Shown here piece by piece: positions 32,380 through 43,588 of a stretch of 64,000 nucleotides of DNA; position 1 is the first letter of the stretch; every line of letters starts with the position of its first letter. The DNA comes from an uncultured Gammaproteobacteria bacterium. Lineage in GTDB: Bacteria; Pseudomonadota; Gammaproteobacteria; UBA9214. Position numbers and translations under genes: made by a program. The DNA is taken from assembly GCA_963773065.1 (NCBI GenBank), contig CAVYZN010000016.1, forward strand, positions 32,001-96,000. Direction: 5' to 3'. Below the pieces are notes generated by a model. That model saw only the letters and a list, made by a program, of their open reading frames with translations, ran no database searches and was not told where the DNA came from.

Positions 32380-33339
32380 GCTGGCGGTTGAGGACACGGC
32401 GGCGTTTGAGCGGGCGGCGGTGCTGGCCGAGGAAAACACGGCGCGTCTCAGGGTCATCGAGGTGCTTGAGGAAGTCTCGCCCGATATCGGAGTGCCGGTT
32501 CCGGTGCTGTTGACACAGGCCCTGCGCAATACCCTGATCGAGGAAAGCCGTGAGCAGATGGAGGAACTCGTCGCGCCGCTGCGGGAGAGAATCGATATCA
32601 GCATCGAGGTGCTCACCGGAACGTCTTTCCTGGAAATCATCCGCGAGGTCCTGCGCAACCGCCATGACCTGGTCATCAAGGCGGCCGACAAGGGCGGCCT
32701 GATTACCCGGATCTTCGGCAGTACCGACATGCACCTGCTGCGCAAATGTCCCTGCCCGGTGTGGCTGCACAAACACGGTCCGAACAAACCCTACCATCGC
32801 ATACTGGCGGCCGTGGATTTCGATGAATTCAGCGGCACGGAACAGGGAAAGCACGATCAACCGGGATATCATGGATCTGGCCGCCTCGCTGGCGCAGCGT
32901 GAACACAGCGAGTTGTATATCGGGCATGCCTGGTCTCCCAAGAGTGCGGAGCTGCTGCAAACCCGGCCAAGCGGACTGACGGAAGAGGAAATCAATGACT
33001 ACATCAACGAGACCCAGGCTTGCAACGAACGCCGGCTGAACGAGTTGATGGGCCGGGCGGAGGCCTGGGCGGGCGAAGATATCTGGCGCGAGGTCAAACC
33101 GCAAACCCGCCTGGTCAAGGGTCTGGCGCGCCGGGCGATTCCGGATCTGGCCGAGGAGCTGCAGGCGGAGCTTATCGTGATGGGAACGCTCGGGCAGTGC
33201 CGGCATCGCGGGTATTCTCATCGGCAACACGGCGGAAACCATACTCAACCGCATCGACTGTTCGGTGCTGGCAATCAAGCCGGAGGGATTTGTCACCCCG
33301 GTGACGCTACAGGAATCCGTAGCTTATGACAATGCGTGA
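32345..33339 (+). CDS. tandem-domain universal stress protein (UspE-like), frameshifted
   Basis: FKNIL, FGSTDMHLLRKCPCPVW, ILAAVD, IVMGT..GNTAE..CSVLAIKP. Confidence 0.88.
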
Positions 33340-33673
33340 CGATTCCTGCAATCCCTCACTATCATCCGGTTATGTGAAGGTCGCTCAGCGCGGCGATATT
33401 CCGCCCGGTAAGATGGCCTGCGTGCGCGTCAACGGCCGGCGCATCCTGCTCGCCAACGTGGAGGGCAGCATCTACGCCGCCGACGACACCTGCACCCACG
33501 AGGAGGCCTCGCTCTCGAAGGGCTTTCTCAAGGGCGAGTGGGTCAAATGCCCGCTCCACGGCAGCCGCTTCAATCTGCGCACCGGCGAGGTGGTGGACGA
33601 TCCAGCGGACGAGAACCTGCGCGTCTATCCCGTGCGCCTCGACGGCGACGATATTTTAATAGCCTTGAACTGA
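33326..33673 (+). CDS. Rieske [2Fe-2S] ferredoxin
   Basis: CTH..CPLHGSRF. Confidence 0.9.
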   Translation: MTMRDDSCNPSLSSGYVKVAQRGDIPPGKMACVRVNGRRILLANVEGSIYAADDTCTHEEASLSKGFLKGEWVKCPLHGSRFNLRTGEVVDDPADENLRVYPVRLDGDDILIALN

Positions 33674-33683
33674 TCCGCGTCCC

Positions 33684-34814
33684 ATGAGCACAGCCGCCCC
33701 CGTCATGCCATCCGATCCTGCGACCACGATGCGCTCGATCATCAAGCGCATCGCCACCGGCCCGGAGCTGAGCAAGGACATTTCCTTCGACGAGGCGCGC
33801 GAAGGCATGCGCATCGTGCTCGACGGCGCGGTGGACCCGGTGCAGGCGGCGCTGTTCCTGATCGCGTTGCGCATGAAGCGCGAAACCGACGACGAGAACC
33901 GCGGCGTGCTCGCCGCGATCCGCGACGCGACGCGCACCGTCACCGCCGAAGTGGACGACGTGCTCGATCTCGCCGACCCCTACGACGGCTTCAATCGCAC
34001 GCTGCCGCCCGCGCCGTTCCTGCCGGCCGTGCTCGCGGCCTGCGGCGTACCTTGTATCTCGCATGGCGTCGAGCGCATGGGACCGAAGTTCGGCGTCACG
34101 CATCGCCAGATCCTGCGCGCCGCCGGGATAGCCGTGGATCTCGCGGTCGAGGACGCCGCCGCGCGCCTAGCCGACCCGCGCATCGGCTGGGCCTACGTGG
34201 ACCAACGGCACTTCTGCCCCAAGCTGCACCAGCTCGCCGACTTCCGCACGCTGATCGTCAAGCGCCCGGCGATCACGACCGCCGAGGTGCTGGCGGGCCC
34301 GGTCCGCGGGCGGCGCCGCACTCACATCGTGACCGGCTTCGTACACAAGCCCTACCCGCGCATCTACGCGCTGCTCGCGCGCCACGCCGGTTTCGATTCG
34401 GCGCTCATCGTGCGCGGCGTCGAGGGCGGCGTGATCCCGTCGCTGCGCCAGAGCGGGAAGGCATTCTTCTATCACGACGGCGGCGAGGAACGCGCGCTCG
34501 ATTTCGCGCCGGCCGATTTCGGCATCGAACAGTCGCTGCGCGCGCCGCCCTTGCCGCCCGGGCTTTCCCCCGACGAGGACGAAGCAGTAGCCGCCGCGCT
34601 CGACACCGAGGCCATCGCGAAGGCGGCGGCCTCGGCGGGTCTTGAAGCGCTCGAAGGATCGCCGGGCGCGACGCGCGACTGCCTGGTGAGCGCCGCGGCG
34701 CTCTGTCTCTGGCACCTCAAACGATTCGAGTCGCTGCGCACCGCCGCCGATGCGGTGCGCGCCGTGCTCGACAGCGGCGCGGCGCTGGCGCGTTTCACCC
34801 GCGCCCAGGCATAA
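33684..34814 (+). CDS. TrpD/YbiB-like glycosyltransferase family 3 protein
   Basis: FLIALRMKRET..E; SHG..PK.GVT; VHKPY; RGVEG. Confidence 0.8.
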   Translation: MSTAAPVMPSDPATTMRSIIKRIATGPELSKDISFDEAREGMRIVLDGAVDPVQAALFLIALRMKRETDDENRGVLAAIRDATRTVTAEVDDVLDLADPYDGFNRTLPPAPFLPAVLAACGVPCISHGVERMGPKFGVTHRQILRAAGIAVDLAVEDAAARLADPRIGWAYVDQRHFCPKLHQLADFRTLIVKRPAITTAEVLAGPVRGRRRTHIVTGFVHKPYPRIYALLARHAGFDSALIVRGVEGGVIPSLRQSGKAFFYHDGGEERALDFAPADFGIEQSLRAPPLPPGLSPDEDEAVAAALDTEAIAKAAASAGLEALEGSPGATRDCLVSAAALCLWHLKRFESLRTAADAVRAVLDSGAALARFTRAQA

Positions 34815-34842
34815 CCCCGCCGGCCTGGCCCGCCAGCGCTAA

Positions 34843-35860
34843 TTACCCGGTCATCCGGTATTGCGCCGGTGATTTCCCGGTCCAGCGCTTGAAGGCGCGG
34901 GTGAAATTGCTGGGTTCCGAGAAACCCAGCAAATAGGTGATCTCGCCGATGCTGCGCCGGGTATCCCGCAGGTACTGCAGTGCGAGTTGCTGGCGGGTGT
35001 CCTCCAGCAGATCCTTGAAACTGGTGTCTTCATCTTTCAGCCGGCGCTGCAGGCTGCGCAGGCTGACGTGCAGCGTGTCGGCAATCGCCTCCTGCTTCGG
35101 GATGCCGTCCGGGAGCTGGTGGATGATCTTCGAGCGTACCTGCATGGCGATGCTGTCCCGGTCAAAGCGGGCCAGGTAATCCACGACGACCTGGTCGTTG
35201 ATCCGCGCGAGTTCCGGATTGGCCGATGCGAGATGACGGGTGAGCAGTTGCCGGTCGAAGCACAGCCGGTTGTCGGGCGCCCCATAGTCGATGGAGGCGC
35301 CGAACATCTCTTCAAACTGCGCGCGACAGGGCGGCAGCGGGTCGCTGCAATGTGACATGCCGGGGCAGGATGGGATGGCCTGCCGTGATCTGACACATGC
35401 GCAGAAAGGCCGCCATGCCCAGGTCTGCTGCCGCGTACTCGAAGTCAGGCGGGAGTATCTCCGGCAGCACGGTGACCAGGTCGATGGAATCCGGCTGTTC
35501 TTCCAGGCGGAAATGGAGGGCGCTGTTGATCAGGCGCGCATAGCGCACCAGACGGCCAAACGCATCCAGCAGGGTGTCACTGACCAGCCAGGCAAGACCC
35601 AGCCCGTGCAGCATGGCGGGCTGGAACTGGCGTGCGGCGACCAGTCCCAGGCAGGGGTCGCCGGTGGCCGCGACGGCGAGCTTCCACAGTTTCTGCATCC
35701 GCGGCATGGGAAAGCGCGCATTGGGGTCGGTGGCCCTGCCCAAATCGATGCCCGCCGCGACAAACAACGGCTCCGGATCACAGCCGCAGGCGCGCAGGGT
35801 CGTGGCGATGAGCCCCGCTACGCTGCCCAGCGTGGTGATTTCCGGTATCGAGTACGCCAT
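34843..35860 (-). CDS. AraC-family transcriptional regulator, frameshift near 35350
   Basis: SLRSLQRRL..LGFSEPSNFTRAFKRWTG.SP; N-terminal TGDPCLGL domain. Confidence 0.9.
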
Positions 35861-35983
35861 GGCTTGCAGTTTGGTCCCGGCGGATAAGGCAATGGCACCC
35901 AGTGATTAACCAAGCCTAGCAGGATCCGGCTAAGGTGGTAGTCCTGAAGGGGGGTTGTTCCGCCTGTAAACCACCAACCGGGA

Positions 35984-36577
35984 GTGCTGTATGGGAATCA
36001 CGGTAAAGATCCAGATCTACATCTGGCGGCATTGCCGATCGAATACCTGGCCCGGCAGGATGGCCTGCTGGAGCGGATACGCGCCGATGAGCGTGCGTTC
36101 AACCCCTACCGGGAGGTCTTCATCACGGGTATGCGGGCCTACCAGCAGCATACCTATCTCGAACTGGTGCGGCGGACCTACGGCCGCGCCGTGGCGCACC
36201 AGGTCGAAGTACACCAGCGCCACATGCTGGATTTCATGACGGGCATGGGACGACGCATCGAGCAGGCTCTGGACCTGATCGAAGGGGCGCTCGACACCCG
36301 GGCAGTCAGCGCCGCCACGCGCCACGGCGAGATCGAGATACCGATTGAAATGAATGTGGCGCTGGCCCTGCTGCTGGGGCTGGAGGAATCACCGGATTAT
36401 GTCGCGACGGCGGCGCGGCGTGCCGAGCAGATCACCCGCATGCAACCGGAAATCGACTGGCGCCTGGCGCATGGCCTGGCGCGCGCCCGGGAGGAGATGG
36501 TGAAGACATTCTCGCCGGTGCTGGTCTGTCTTGACGGCGTCGCCGGGAAAAGAACCGGCATCAGCCTCTCCGGATGA
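35984..36577 (+). CDS. hypothetical protein
   Basis: 197-aa ORF with host-like codon usage and GGAG upstream. Confidence 0.6.
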   Translation: MLYGNHGKDPDLHLAALPIEYLARQDGLLERIRADERAFNPYREVFITGMRAYQQHTYLELVRRTYGRAVAHQVEVHQRHMLDFMTGMGRRIEQALDLIEGALDTRAVSAATRHGEIEIPIEMNVALALLLGLEESPDYVATAARRAEQITRMQPEIDWRLAHGLARAREEMVKTFSPVLVCLDGVAGKRTGISLSG

Positions 36578-36637
36578 GTGGCGTATCTCAGTCACCGATG
36601 AGGGTTTGCGCAGGAAATTTTCTCGACCGGTTTCCCC

Positions 36638-36778
36638 ATGCTTAAATTGATCGGTAGTATTTTGCTTGTTTATTACCTCATCCTGGGGGTGGCTGCGCTC
36701 ATTTTCCTGGCATGGGGCTACATCGACGATCACAGGCAAGCGAAACGGCGCAAGCGCGAAACCCGGATCCGGAACTGA
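36638..36778 (+). CDS. putative 46-aa single-TM protein (below the ORF-track cutoff)
   Basis: [46 protein letters not shown]. Confidence 0.45.
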   Translation: MLKLIGSILLVYYLILGVAALIFLAWGYIDDHRQAKRRKRETRIRN

Positions 36779-36969
36779 TCACGCACGCGCGGCCCGCACC
36801 GGGGGCGAGAAGGCGATCTGAACCGCCGCAAGAAGCAAAACAGGCCGGTCGCCCGCCGGATAACGTCGTAGGTTCAAGCACGACAAATGATGCGCCCGGT
36901 CCGGCGCGCTGCCGCATGCCAAGGCCCGGTATTTTCGCTACACTAGGGCGCCTGAATCCGGATCCGTCC

Positions 36970-39225
36970 ATGCCAGCCGCCGCCATTCCCGCCGTCCGCA
37001 CCGCCCTGTTCGACTACCCGAAGTACTGGGCCGAGTGCTTTGGCAGCGCCCCGTTTCTGCCCATGAGCCGCGCGGAGATGGATGCCCTGGGCTGGGATTC
37101 CTGCGACATCATCCTCGTCACGGGCGATGCCTACGTCGATCACCCCTCCTTCGGCATGGCCATCATCGGGCGGCTGCTGGAGGCCCAGGGTTTCCGCGTC
37201 GGCATCATCGCCCAGCCGGACTGGCAGTCGAAAGCGGCGTTCGAGGCGCTCGGCCGGCCGAACCTCTTCTTCGGCGTCACCGCCGGCAACATGGATTCCA
37301 TGATCAACCGCTATACCGCGGACCGCAAACCCCGTTCCGACGACGCCTACACCCCCGGCGGGCGGGCGGGCAGTCGCCCGGACCGCTGCTCGCTGGTCGT
37401 ATGCGCAACGCTGCCGGGAGGCGTACCCGGACGTGCCGCTGGTGCTGGGCGGCATCGAGGCCTCGCTGCGGCGCATCGCCCATTACGATTACTGGCAGGA
37501 CAAGGTGCGCCGTTCGCTGCTGGTGGACGCCGGCGCCGACATCCTGCTCTACGGCAATGCCGAGCGGGCCGTGGTGGAACTGGCCCACCGCCTCGCCCGC
37601 GGCGAGGCCATCGCCGACATCACCGACGTGCGCGGCACCGCCTTCATCCGCCGCGACACCCCCGCGGACTGGTGGGAAGTCGATTCCACCCGCATCGACC
37701 GCCCGGGCAGGATCGACGGCGTCATCAACCCCTATATCAACACCCAGGCGATGGATGCCTGCGAACGGGAACGGCGCAACAGCGCCCGCTACGGCTTCGG
37801 CTTCGACGCAGCACGGCGCGCCGCTGATCCCGGCGCCCCAACCGCGACTGGATCGCGCGCGCACCGTGATTCGCCTGCCGTCATTCGAGAAGGTGCGCAA
37901 CGACGCCGTGCTCTACGCCCACGCCAGCCGGGTGCTGCACCTGGAAACCAATCCCGGCAATGCCCGGGCGCTGGTGCAGCAACACGGCGCGGTCGATGTC
38001 TGGCTGAACCCGCCGCCGATTCCGCTCACGACCGAAGAAATGGACTACGTGTTCGGCATGCCGTTCGCGCGCGTGCCCCACCCCCGCTACCGGGGCGAGA
38101 ACATCCCGGCCTGGGAGATGATCCGCTTCTCGGTCAATATCATGCGCGGCTGCTTCGGCGGCTGCACCTTCTGCTCCATCACCGAGCACGAGGGCCGCAT
38201 CATCCAGAACCGTTCGCAGGAGTCGATCCTGCGGGAAATCGAGGACATCCGCGACAAGGTGCCGGGCTTCACCGGCGTCATCTCGGACCTCGGCGGTCCC
38301 ACCGCCAACATGTACCGCATCGCCTGCAAAAGCCGCGACATCGAGGCCGCCTGCCGCAAGCCGAGCTGCGTCTATCCGGGCATCTGCCCGAACCTCGACA
38401 CCGATCATTCCGCGCTCACGCGGCTCTACCGGGAGGCCCGCACGTCTGCCGGGCATTAAAAAGGTCCTGATCGCCTCCGGGCTGCGCTACGACCTGGCGG
38501 TGCGCGACCCGGAGTACGTGAAGGAGCTGGTCACCCACCACGTCGGCGGTTACCTGAAAATCGCGCCGGAACATACCGAGGAAGGTCCGCTGTCGATGAT
38601 GATGAAGCCGGGGGTCGGCGCCTACGATGCCTTCAAGCGGCTGTTCGAGAAATTTTCCGCGGAAGCCGGCAAGGAGCAGTACCTGATCCCGTATTTCATC
38701 GCCGCCCATCCGGGCACCAGCGATGAGGACATGGTGAACCTGGCGCTCTGGCTGAAGCGCAACGGCTTCCGGGCCGACCAGGTGCAGGCGTTCTACCCCT
38801 CGCCGATGGCCACCGCCACGGCCATGTATCACTCGGGCAAGAATCCCCTGCGCCGGGTGCGCTACAAGAGCGAGGGGGTGGATGTCGTCAAGGATGCCGG
38901 GCGGCGCCGGCTGCACAAGGCGTTCCTGCGCTACCACGATCCGCGGCACTGGCCGCTGCTGCGCGAGGCGCTCCTGGCGATGGGACGGGCGGACCTGATC
39001 GGCGGCGGCCCCCACCAGCTCATCCCGCACGAACAGCCGGACGAAGGCAAGGACTACCGGGCGCCGCGCCGCAAGAACTCCGCGCAGGCGCATCAACGGC
39101 GCCTCGAGGGAACGCTGCTGACCCGGCATACCGGTCTGCCGCCCTGGCAGGAGGGCAGCCGTAAAGCCGGTCAAGAGGGGACGGGGAAACGCAGGCGCAA
39201 GCCGTCGGTCGAACGACCGCGCTGA
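36970..39225 (+). CDS. ygiQ: YgiQ-family radical SAM protein, several frameshifts
   Basis: [59 protein letters not shown]. Confidence 0.92.
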
Positions 39226-39228
39226 TGT

Positions 39229-39249
39229 TCAATGGGGTCACCCCATTGA
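39229..39249. repeat. GGGGTCA-family palindrome
   Basis: tcaatgggg-tca-ccccattga immediately before the IS end. Confidence 0.55.
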
Positions 39250-39275
39250 TCTCGGACGTCTGATATGACTTCCAC

Positions 39276-39558
39276 TGTCAAGCAAAGCCGCTGAAGTTAA
39301 TGAATCGATGGGTGAGCGGTTCACGGTGGGTGACCGAGCCATTGGAAGAGACGCAGCCAGTAATAGCGACGGTTGATCATGCTGATATCCGTGGGTTGGT
39401 TACCACCTTACTTGTGTCCGTCGGGTACCTGCCTCGATCTAGGGACGAGCATTTATTTCAGGCTCCTAACGTCTTCGAGGGTTGTACCAACACCGGGGCT
39501 GCGTCTCTTCCAATAGCTCGGGCTTTGTGTCGGGTCTGTATGGTTCGGCGATACCGGG
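39276..39558 (-). ncRNA. candidate bridge/seek RNA in the IS downstream non-coding end
   Basis: 25-nt stem (39334-39358 with 39497-39521, 24/25) enclosing two stem-internal-loop modules; IS1111-type position. Confidence 0.65.
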
Positions 39559-40669
39559 TTACACGGCTGAGTGGTGTTTGTTTGGCGATGGCCCAGATAA
39601 AGGCGGCCATTTCGCGGGCGATGGCGACGGTGACCTGGTTCTGATGTTTGCCCTTGTTCACCAGGGTGCGATAGCGTTTACAGAGTCTGATCTGCGCCTT
39701 CCAGCTGATATCCTGAATCGGCTGGCTGAGCTTTTCGAGTCGCAGCTGCAGGTGTCGGCTGACCTTGGCCGGGTAGCGGTAGGCCCAGGCGCCCTCGACG
39801 AGCGCCTTGCGGGCGTGGGTGTTACCGGTCTTGGTGATGCCGCCCTGACGGCGCTGCCCGCCGCTGGAGTACTCGGAGGGGGTGAGGCCGAGATAGCTCA
39901 TGAGCTGGCGGGGATTATCGAAACGGGTGAGATCGCCGAGTTCGGCGATGAGGGAGACGGCGGTGATGAACTGCACGCCTCTGAGGGCCTGGATGGCCTC
40001 GACCACGGGGAACAGGCGCCAGTTGCGGGTGTGGTCCTGAAGTTCGGCCTCCAGGCGTTGCATCCGTTGATGCGTCGGTAACGCAACGAGGTACTCCTGG
40101 AAGACAATCTGTTGCGCGGGGGTGTCGCAGACGACCTCAGCCAGCCAGCCAGATGGCGGCTCCCCAGTTGGCCTTGCCCTGGTAGCGATATCGTGGCGCA
40201 GCAGAAAGGCCTTCAGGCGGAACTTGGCGGGCTTGAGGTCCGTGAGGGCGTCTTCGCGGGCGCGGGTAAGATCGCGGATGGCCTCGTCGGCGACGTCCGG
40301 GACATAGACGGGGGTGAGGTCGCCGCTGCGCATCAGGCGGGCGAGTTCGATGGCATCGCGGCGGTCGGTCTTGACGCGGTCGCCGGCTTTTTTGGGGATG
40401 AGCGAGGGGGCGATAACCCAGCAGGTAAGTTTTTTCCTGGTCAGGTAGCGATACAGCCAGTAACCACAGGGGCCGGCCTCATAAACGAAGACCAGTCGGG
40501 CGGATTTGGATTTCAGTGTGCGGATCAGTTTATCGATGTCGCACTGGCGGGTACCGATGGTCCCGAGGGCGACAACGGCGGAGTCCCGGTCGTCCGGTGC
40601 ATAGGCGACCGCGATGGATTCCTTGTGGACGTCAAGACCGACGTAGAGTGTGGTGCTAGACTGTTTCAT
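39458..40669 (-). CDS. IS110-family DEDD transposase/recombinase (true stop probably near 39559)
   Basis: [36 protein letters not shown]. Confidence 0.93.
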   Translation of the reverse strand: MKQSSTTLYVGLDVHKESIAVAYAPDDRDSAVVALGTIGTRQCDIDKLIRTLKSKSARLVFVYEAGPCGYWLYRYLTRKKLTCWVIAPSLIPKKAGDRVKTDRRDAIELARLMRSGDLTPVYVPDVADEAIRDLTRAREDALTDLKPAKFRLKAFLLRHDIATRARPTGEPPSGWLAEVVCDTPAQQIVFQEYLVALPTHQRMQRLEAELQDHTRNWRLFPVVEAIQALRGVQFITAVSLIAELGDLTRFDNPRQLMSYLGLTPSEYSSGGQRRQGGITKTGNTHARKALVEGAWAYRYPAKVSRHLQLRLEKLSQPIQDISWKAQIRLCKRYRTLVNKGKHQNQVTVAIAREMAAFIWAIAKQTPLSRVTRYRRTIQTRHKARAIGRDAAPVLVQPSKTLGA

Positions 40670-40793
40670 GGCTGACCTCCGAGCTCGTTAACCGATTGTG
40701 CCGAGAGCACGCTGCGGCTCTGGCCTTCATAGGCTAACCCGCGATTGAGACGGAGGTCAGCCTCCAACTGTGGAAGTCATAATGTCTAATCAA

Positions 40794-41832
40794 ATGAACA
40801 AGAATCGGCTTCTATTGATGCCGGTTGTTGTTAAAATAGTTGATGCCCTCGGTCGGGGAGAATTGCAGGAATATTCCATGGTGGGTGATAAAGAAAGAAC
40901 ATTAAGTGATATCGAATGGTTACTAGGTAATGCAAAGGTAGCCGCAAAGGTAGCCGCAGTTCTCCAGAAAGCGCTTCAGAGTTACAAACAAGGCGACCTG
41001 GCAATGGCTCTTGAATTCAGCGAGGAGGCGATTCTTCTTAATGCCCTGTACGCTAACGCGTATATCATGCACGCAATGATCTTGATGCAAATGAAACGCT
41101 TCGATGAGGCGCGTAGCGCCTTACTGAAGGCAATTCAGCTACAACCTGATATAAAGAATGCAAAATATTATCTGGCTGCGCTGGGCCATGCAGATATGCC
41201 AGATAAGTCCCCGGAAACATATGTTAGCGAGTTGTTTGATGATTACGCTGACCGTTTCGATGAAGATCTAGTTGTTAAGTTGGGTTACCAGGTGCCCCAG
41301 CATCTTTACAATATTACATGCAGGCATCTTGGTGGTATGAAAAGAAAGCTCGATATATTGGATCTTGGCTGTGGTACTGGTTTGTGCGGTATCGCGTTTG
41401 CAGGTCTTTCAAGAAATCTTGTAGGCATAGATCTTTCTAGAAAAATGATTAATAAGGCGGGGGGAGCGCGGGATCTATTCTCAACTCATCCAAGGTGACA
41501 TTTCTACTATCTTGGGAAAGTACCGGAAGCAATTCGATCTTGTATTGTCAGGTGACGTATTTATTTACCTTGGTGATCTTAGTGAGGTATTCAGATTAAC
41601 CAAAGAGCAGCTGAAATTTGGTGGACTTTTTGCGTTCTCGATTGAGGTCAACAAATCAGAAGAGGACTATAAGATACAAACATCATGTCGCTATAAGCAT
41701 TCCCCGGAGTATATAAAACGACTTGGTAAGGAATATGGACTGGATGTGATTGAAAATAAAACAATCACTCTTCGTTACGATCGAAAGACACCGGTTGCTG
41801 GGAATGTCATTGTTTTGAGATCTGTATTGTAG
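40794..41832 (+). CDS. TPR + class I SAM methyltransferase, lower GC, frameshift near 41460; start uncertain
   Basis: TPR helices, YVSELFDDYADRFD, LDLGCGTGLCG, DVFIYLGDL, GGLFAFSIE. Confidence 0.85.
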
Positions 41833-41944
41833 ATAGCGCCTGAAACAGGCTCATCTAGGAAGATCTCATCATGCTACAGCTAGGGGCAATGTGAGGTGCG
41901 GTCCAAATCCTACTTGGTCTTGGACTGTATGTCTGCTTCTGGCA

Positions 41945-42161
41945 GATAGTATTGAAAAACTTGAAAATTTGATGAGACCAATTTTTAGCCAAATCTCACT
42001 CCTTTCTAAAGTGTGATTCAATTCTTGTGTTTGAGGCAATGCGAGGGTAACTGGCGAGAGCTTGGATATTTCTGATACCCCTCATATCTGCAGAATCAAA
42101 ACTCGTCATAGAGGCTAAGAAATATTCATTATCACCAGAAACAGAGTTTTTCAACACTTTC
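41945..42161. mobile_element. MITE-like element with IS1182-like ends
   Basis: TIRs gatagtattgaaaaact and agtttttcaacactttc (15/17); no ORF inside. Confidence 0.6.
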
Positions 42162-42268
42162 GGCCCGTTAGCGAAGTACGATGGCAGGATGGGAACGGCA
42201 AGTTATGCTGCAACCCGGTCATAACCGCTCCCGGTAGATATGTCTTCTTTCGTGCGCATTCAAGACAT

Positions 42269-42300
42269 AAAACGGCGGCCTTCGGGTCGTCGGTTTATTT
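42269..42300 (+). terminator. terminator-like hairpin
   Basis: cggcggcc-ttcg-ggtcgtcg followed by a T-rich run; near copy at 42841-42868. Confidence 0.55.
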
Positions 42301-42589
42301 CAGCAGTAACTTGGCAATGGCCTGAAACCTTGCTATCCGTCTTCGTGTGTACGTTTATCCTTTACTTCCTGATTAGAGAAAGGGCCTACGCAGTTGACCC
42401 GATCGCTGCCATTGCACCGGCTCACACGCCTCCGCGAACTTAGACGGGCAAGCGAGTCATCTCCGCGCCGGATCGCCGCCCCTGCGCCACGACATGCGGC
42501 CAGGTAATCCCGGCGCGGCCGGCCAGGGTGTAGAATTTCTCATTACCTGTTCTAGAACGAGTAACTCAGATCGTGATCGGGGTGCGTAT

Positions 42590-42839
42590 ATGGCAAGGCT
42601 AGTAATAGTGCTGGCGCTGATCGGGATTGCTTACTGGTATTGGTCAGGGCCTTATCAGAATTCTGCGAACACGCCTCCTGTAGACGATACGAAGCAAAAC
42701 GCCGAGATCATGGCGCGCTGTCTCGCGGACGAGAACTTCGCGGAATCAGACGATGTCAGGGCCCGGAGAAGACGCCGAAGAAGTGTGCGCGGATGAGAAC
42801 AGCCTCATTAAGATGGATGGGAAGTGGTATCACAGATGA
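42590..42839 (+). CDS. small membrane-anchored/exported hypothetical protein, frameshifted
   Basis: MARLVIVLALIGIAYWYWSGP..C..; tail EEVCADENSLIKMDGKWYHR in another frame; terminator follows. Confidence 0.6.
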
Positions 42840-42840
42840 C

Positions 42841-42868
42841 GCGGCGGCCCTCGGGTCGCCGTTTTTTC
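42841..42868 (+). terminator. intrinsic terminator
   Basis: gcggcggcc-ctcg-ggtcgccgt followed by a T run. Confidence 0.75.
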
Positions 42869-43167
42869 GCCCTATGTCTGGTTATGCGGCACAGTTGCCC
42901 TTCGCTGGTCATCCGTGTAGGTCAGAAGATGGCCGATCTACGACCTTCCTCCTCGCTCCGAGCACTTCGCCCGACGCCCGCAGTCACTCCCCGTAGAGTT
43001 CCCAGCAACCGTTCCCAAGGACGCAGTACCAGGTAACGGCAGGCGGGGGCTCAGAACTCAGAGCTCAGTGCGAAGGGCTAGGGGGAGGGTGTACGTCATA
43101 GGCAGAATGTCTGGAAGGTTACTGATGCCGGACATTCTGGTTCAGGGGGCTATCGTCAGCCATCGAC

Positions 43168-43309
43168 CCAGGCTGTGTAAAAACTCATTTTTTTGAAAGG
43201 CGCTCAGAGAGGCGACCTTACCAGACGCACCACGATCAACGATCTCATGTGAGGTAATGGTTTTGGGAACCCTGTTTTCGAGATCATTCGGAGTTTTTAC
43301 ACAGCCTGG
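43168..43309. mobile_element. MITE of about 140 bp with IS1182-like ends
   Basis: perfect 19-bp inverted repeat ccaggctgtgtaaaaactc / gagtttttacacagcctgg; gaccca repeated at both junctions. Confidence 0.75.
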
Positions 43310-43588
43310 ACCCAACCCGGACGTCCAGCATTTCGGGCTTCATGACGTGTTTGTACTGTAGTCGGACCTTTAGTATCAGGAGCACAGGGGTTATTGACTC
43401 TTCCTCGCCACTTATCCGCTACTATCATAAAAATAATTTAGCTTGAACAACTCATTCTCGGACAACTAGATTAATCACATGAAACCGGGCGTTTATCCGT
43501 CATAATAAACTTGAAAAAAAGGGGTATCGCTTATCCTATAGTTAGACTTAAGCAAATCATTTAATTCCGGTAACTGACGGAGGAAGTC

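Larger units (their letters stand above)
39258..40787 (-). mobile_element. IS110-family element, IS1111 subgroup
   Basis: sub-terminal inverted repeats tatgacttccactgt (39264-39278) and actgtggaagtcata (40767-40781), 14/15; GTCT core at both ends; long non-coding region after the transposase. Confidence 0.9.

Noticed and set aside
41459-41465. Phase variation at the G run in the methyltransferase gene
   Set aside because: The homopolymer is short and the assembly is full of indels; it cannot be told apart from error
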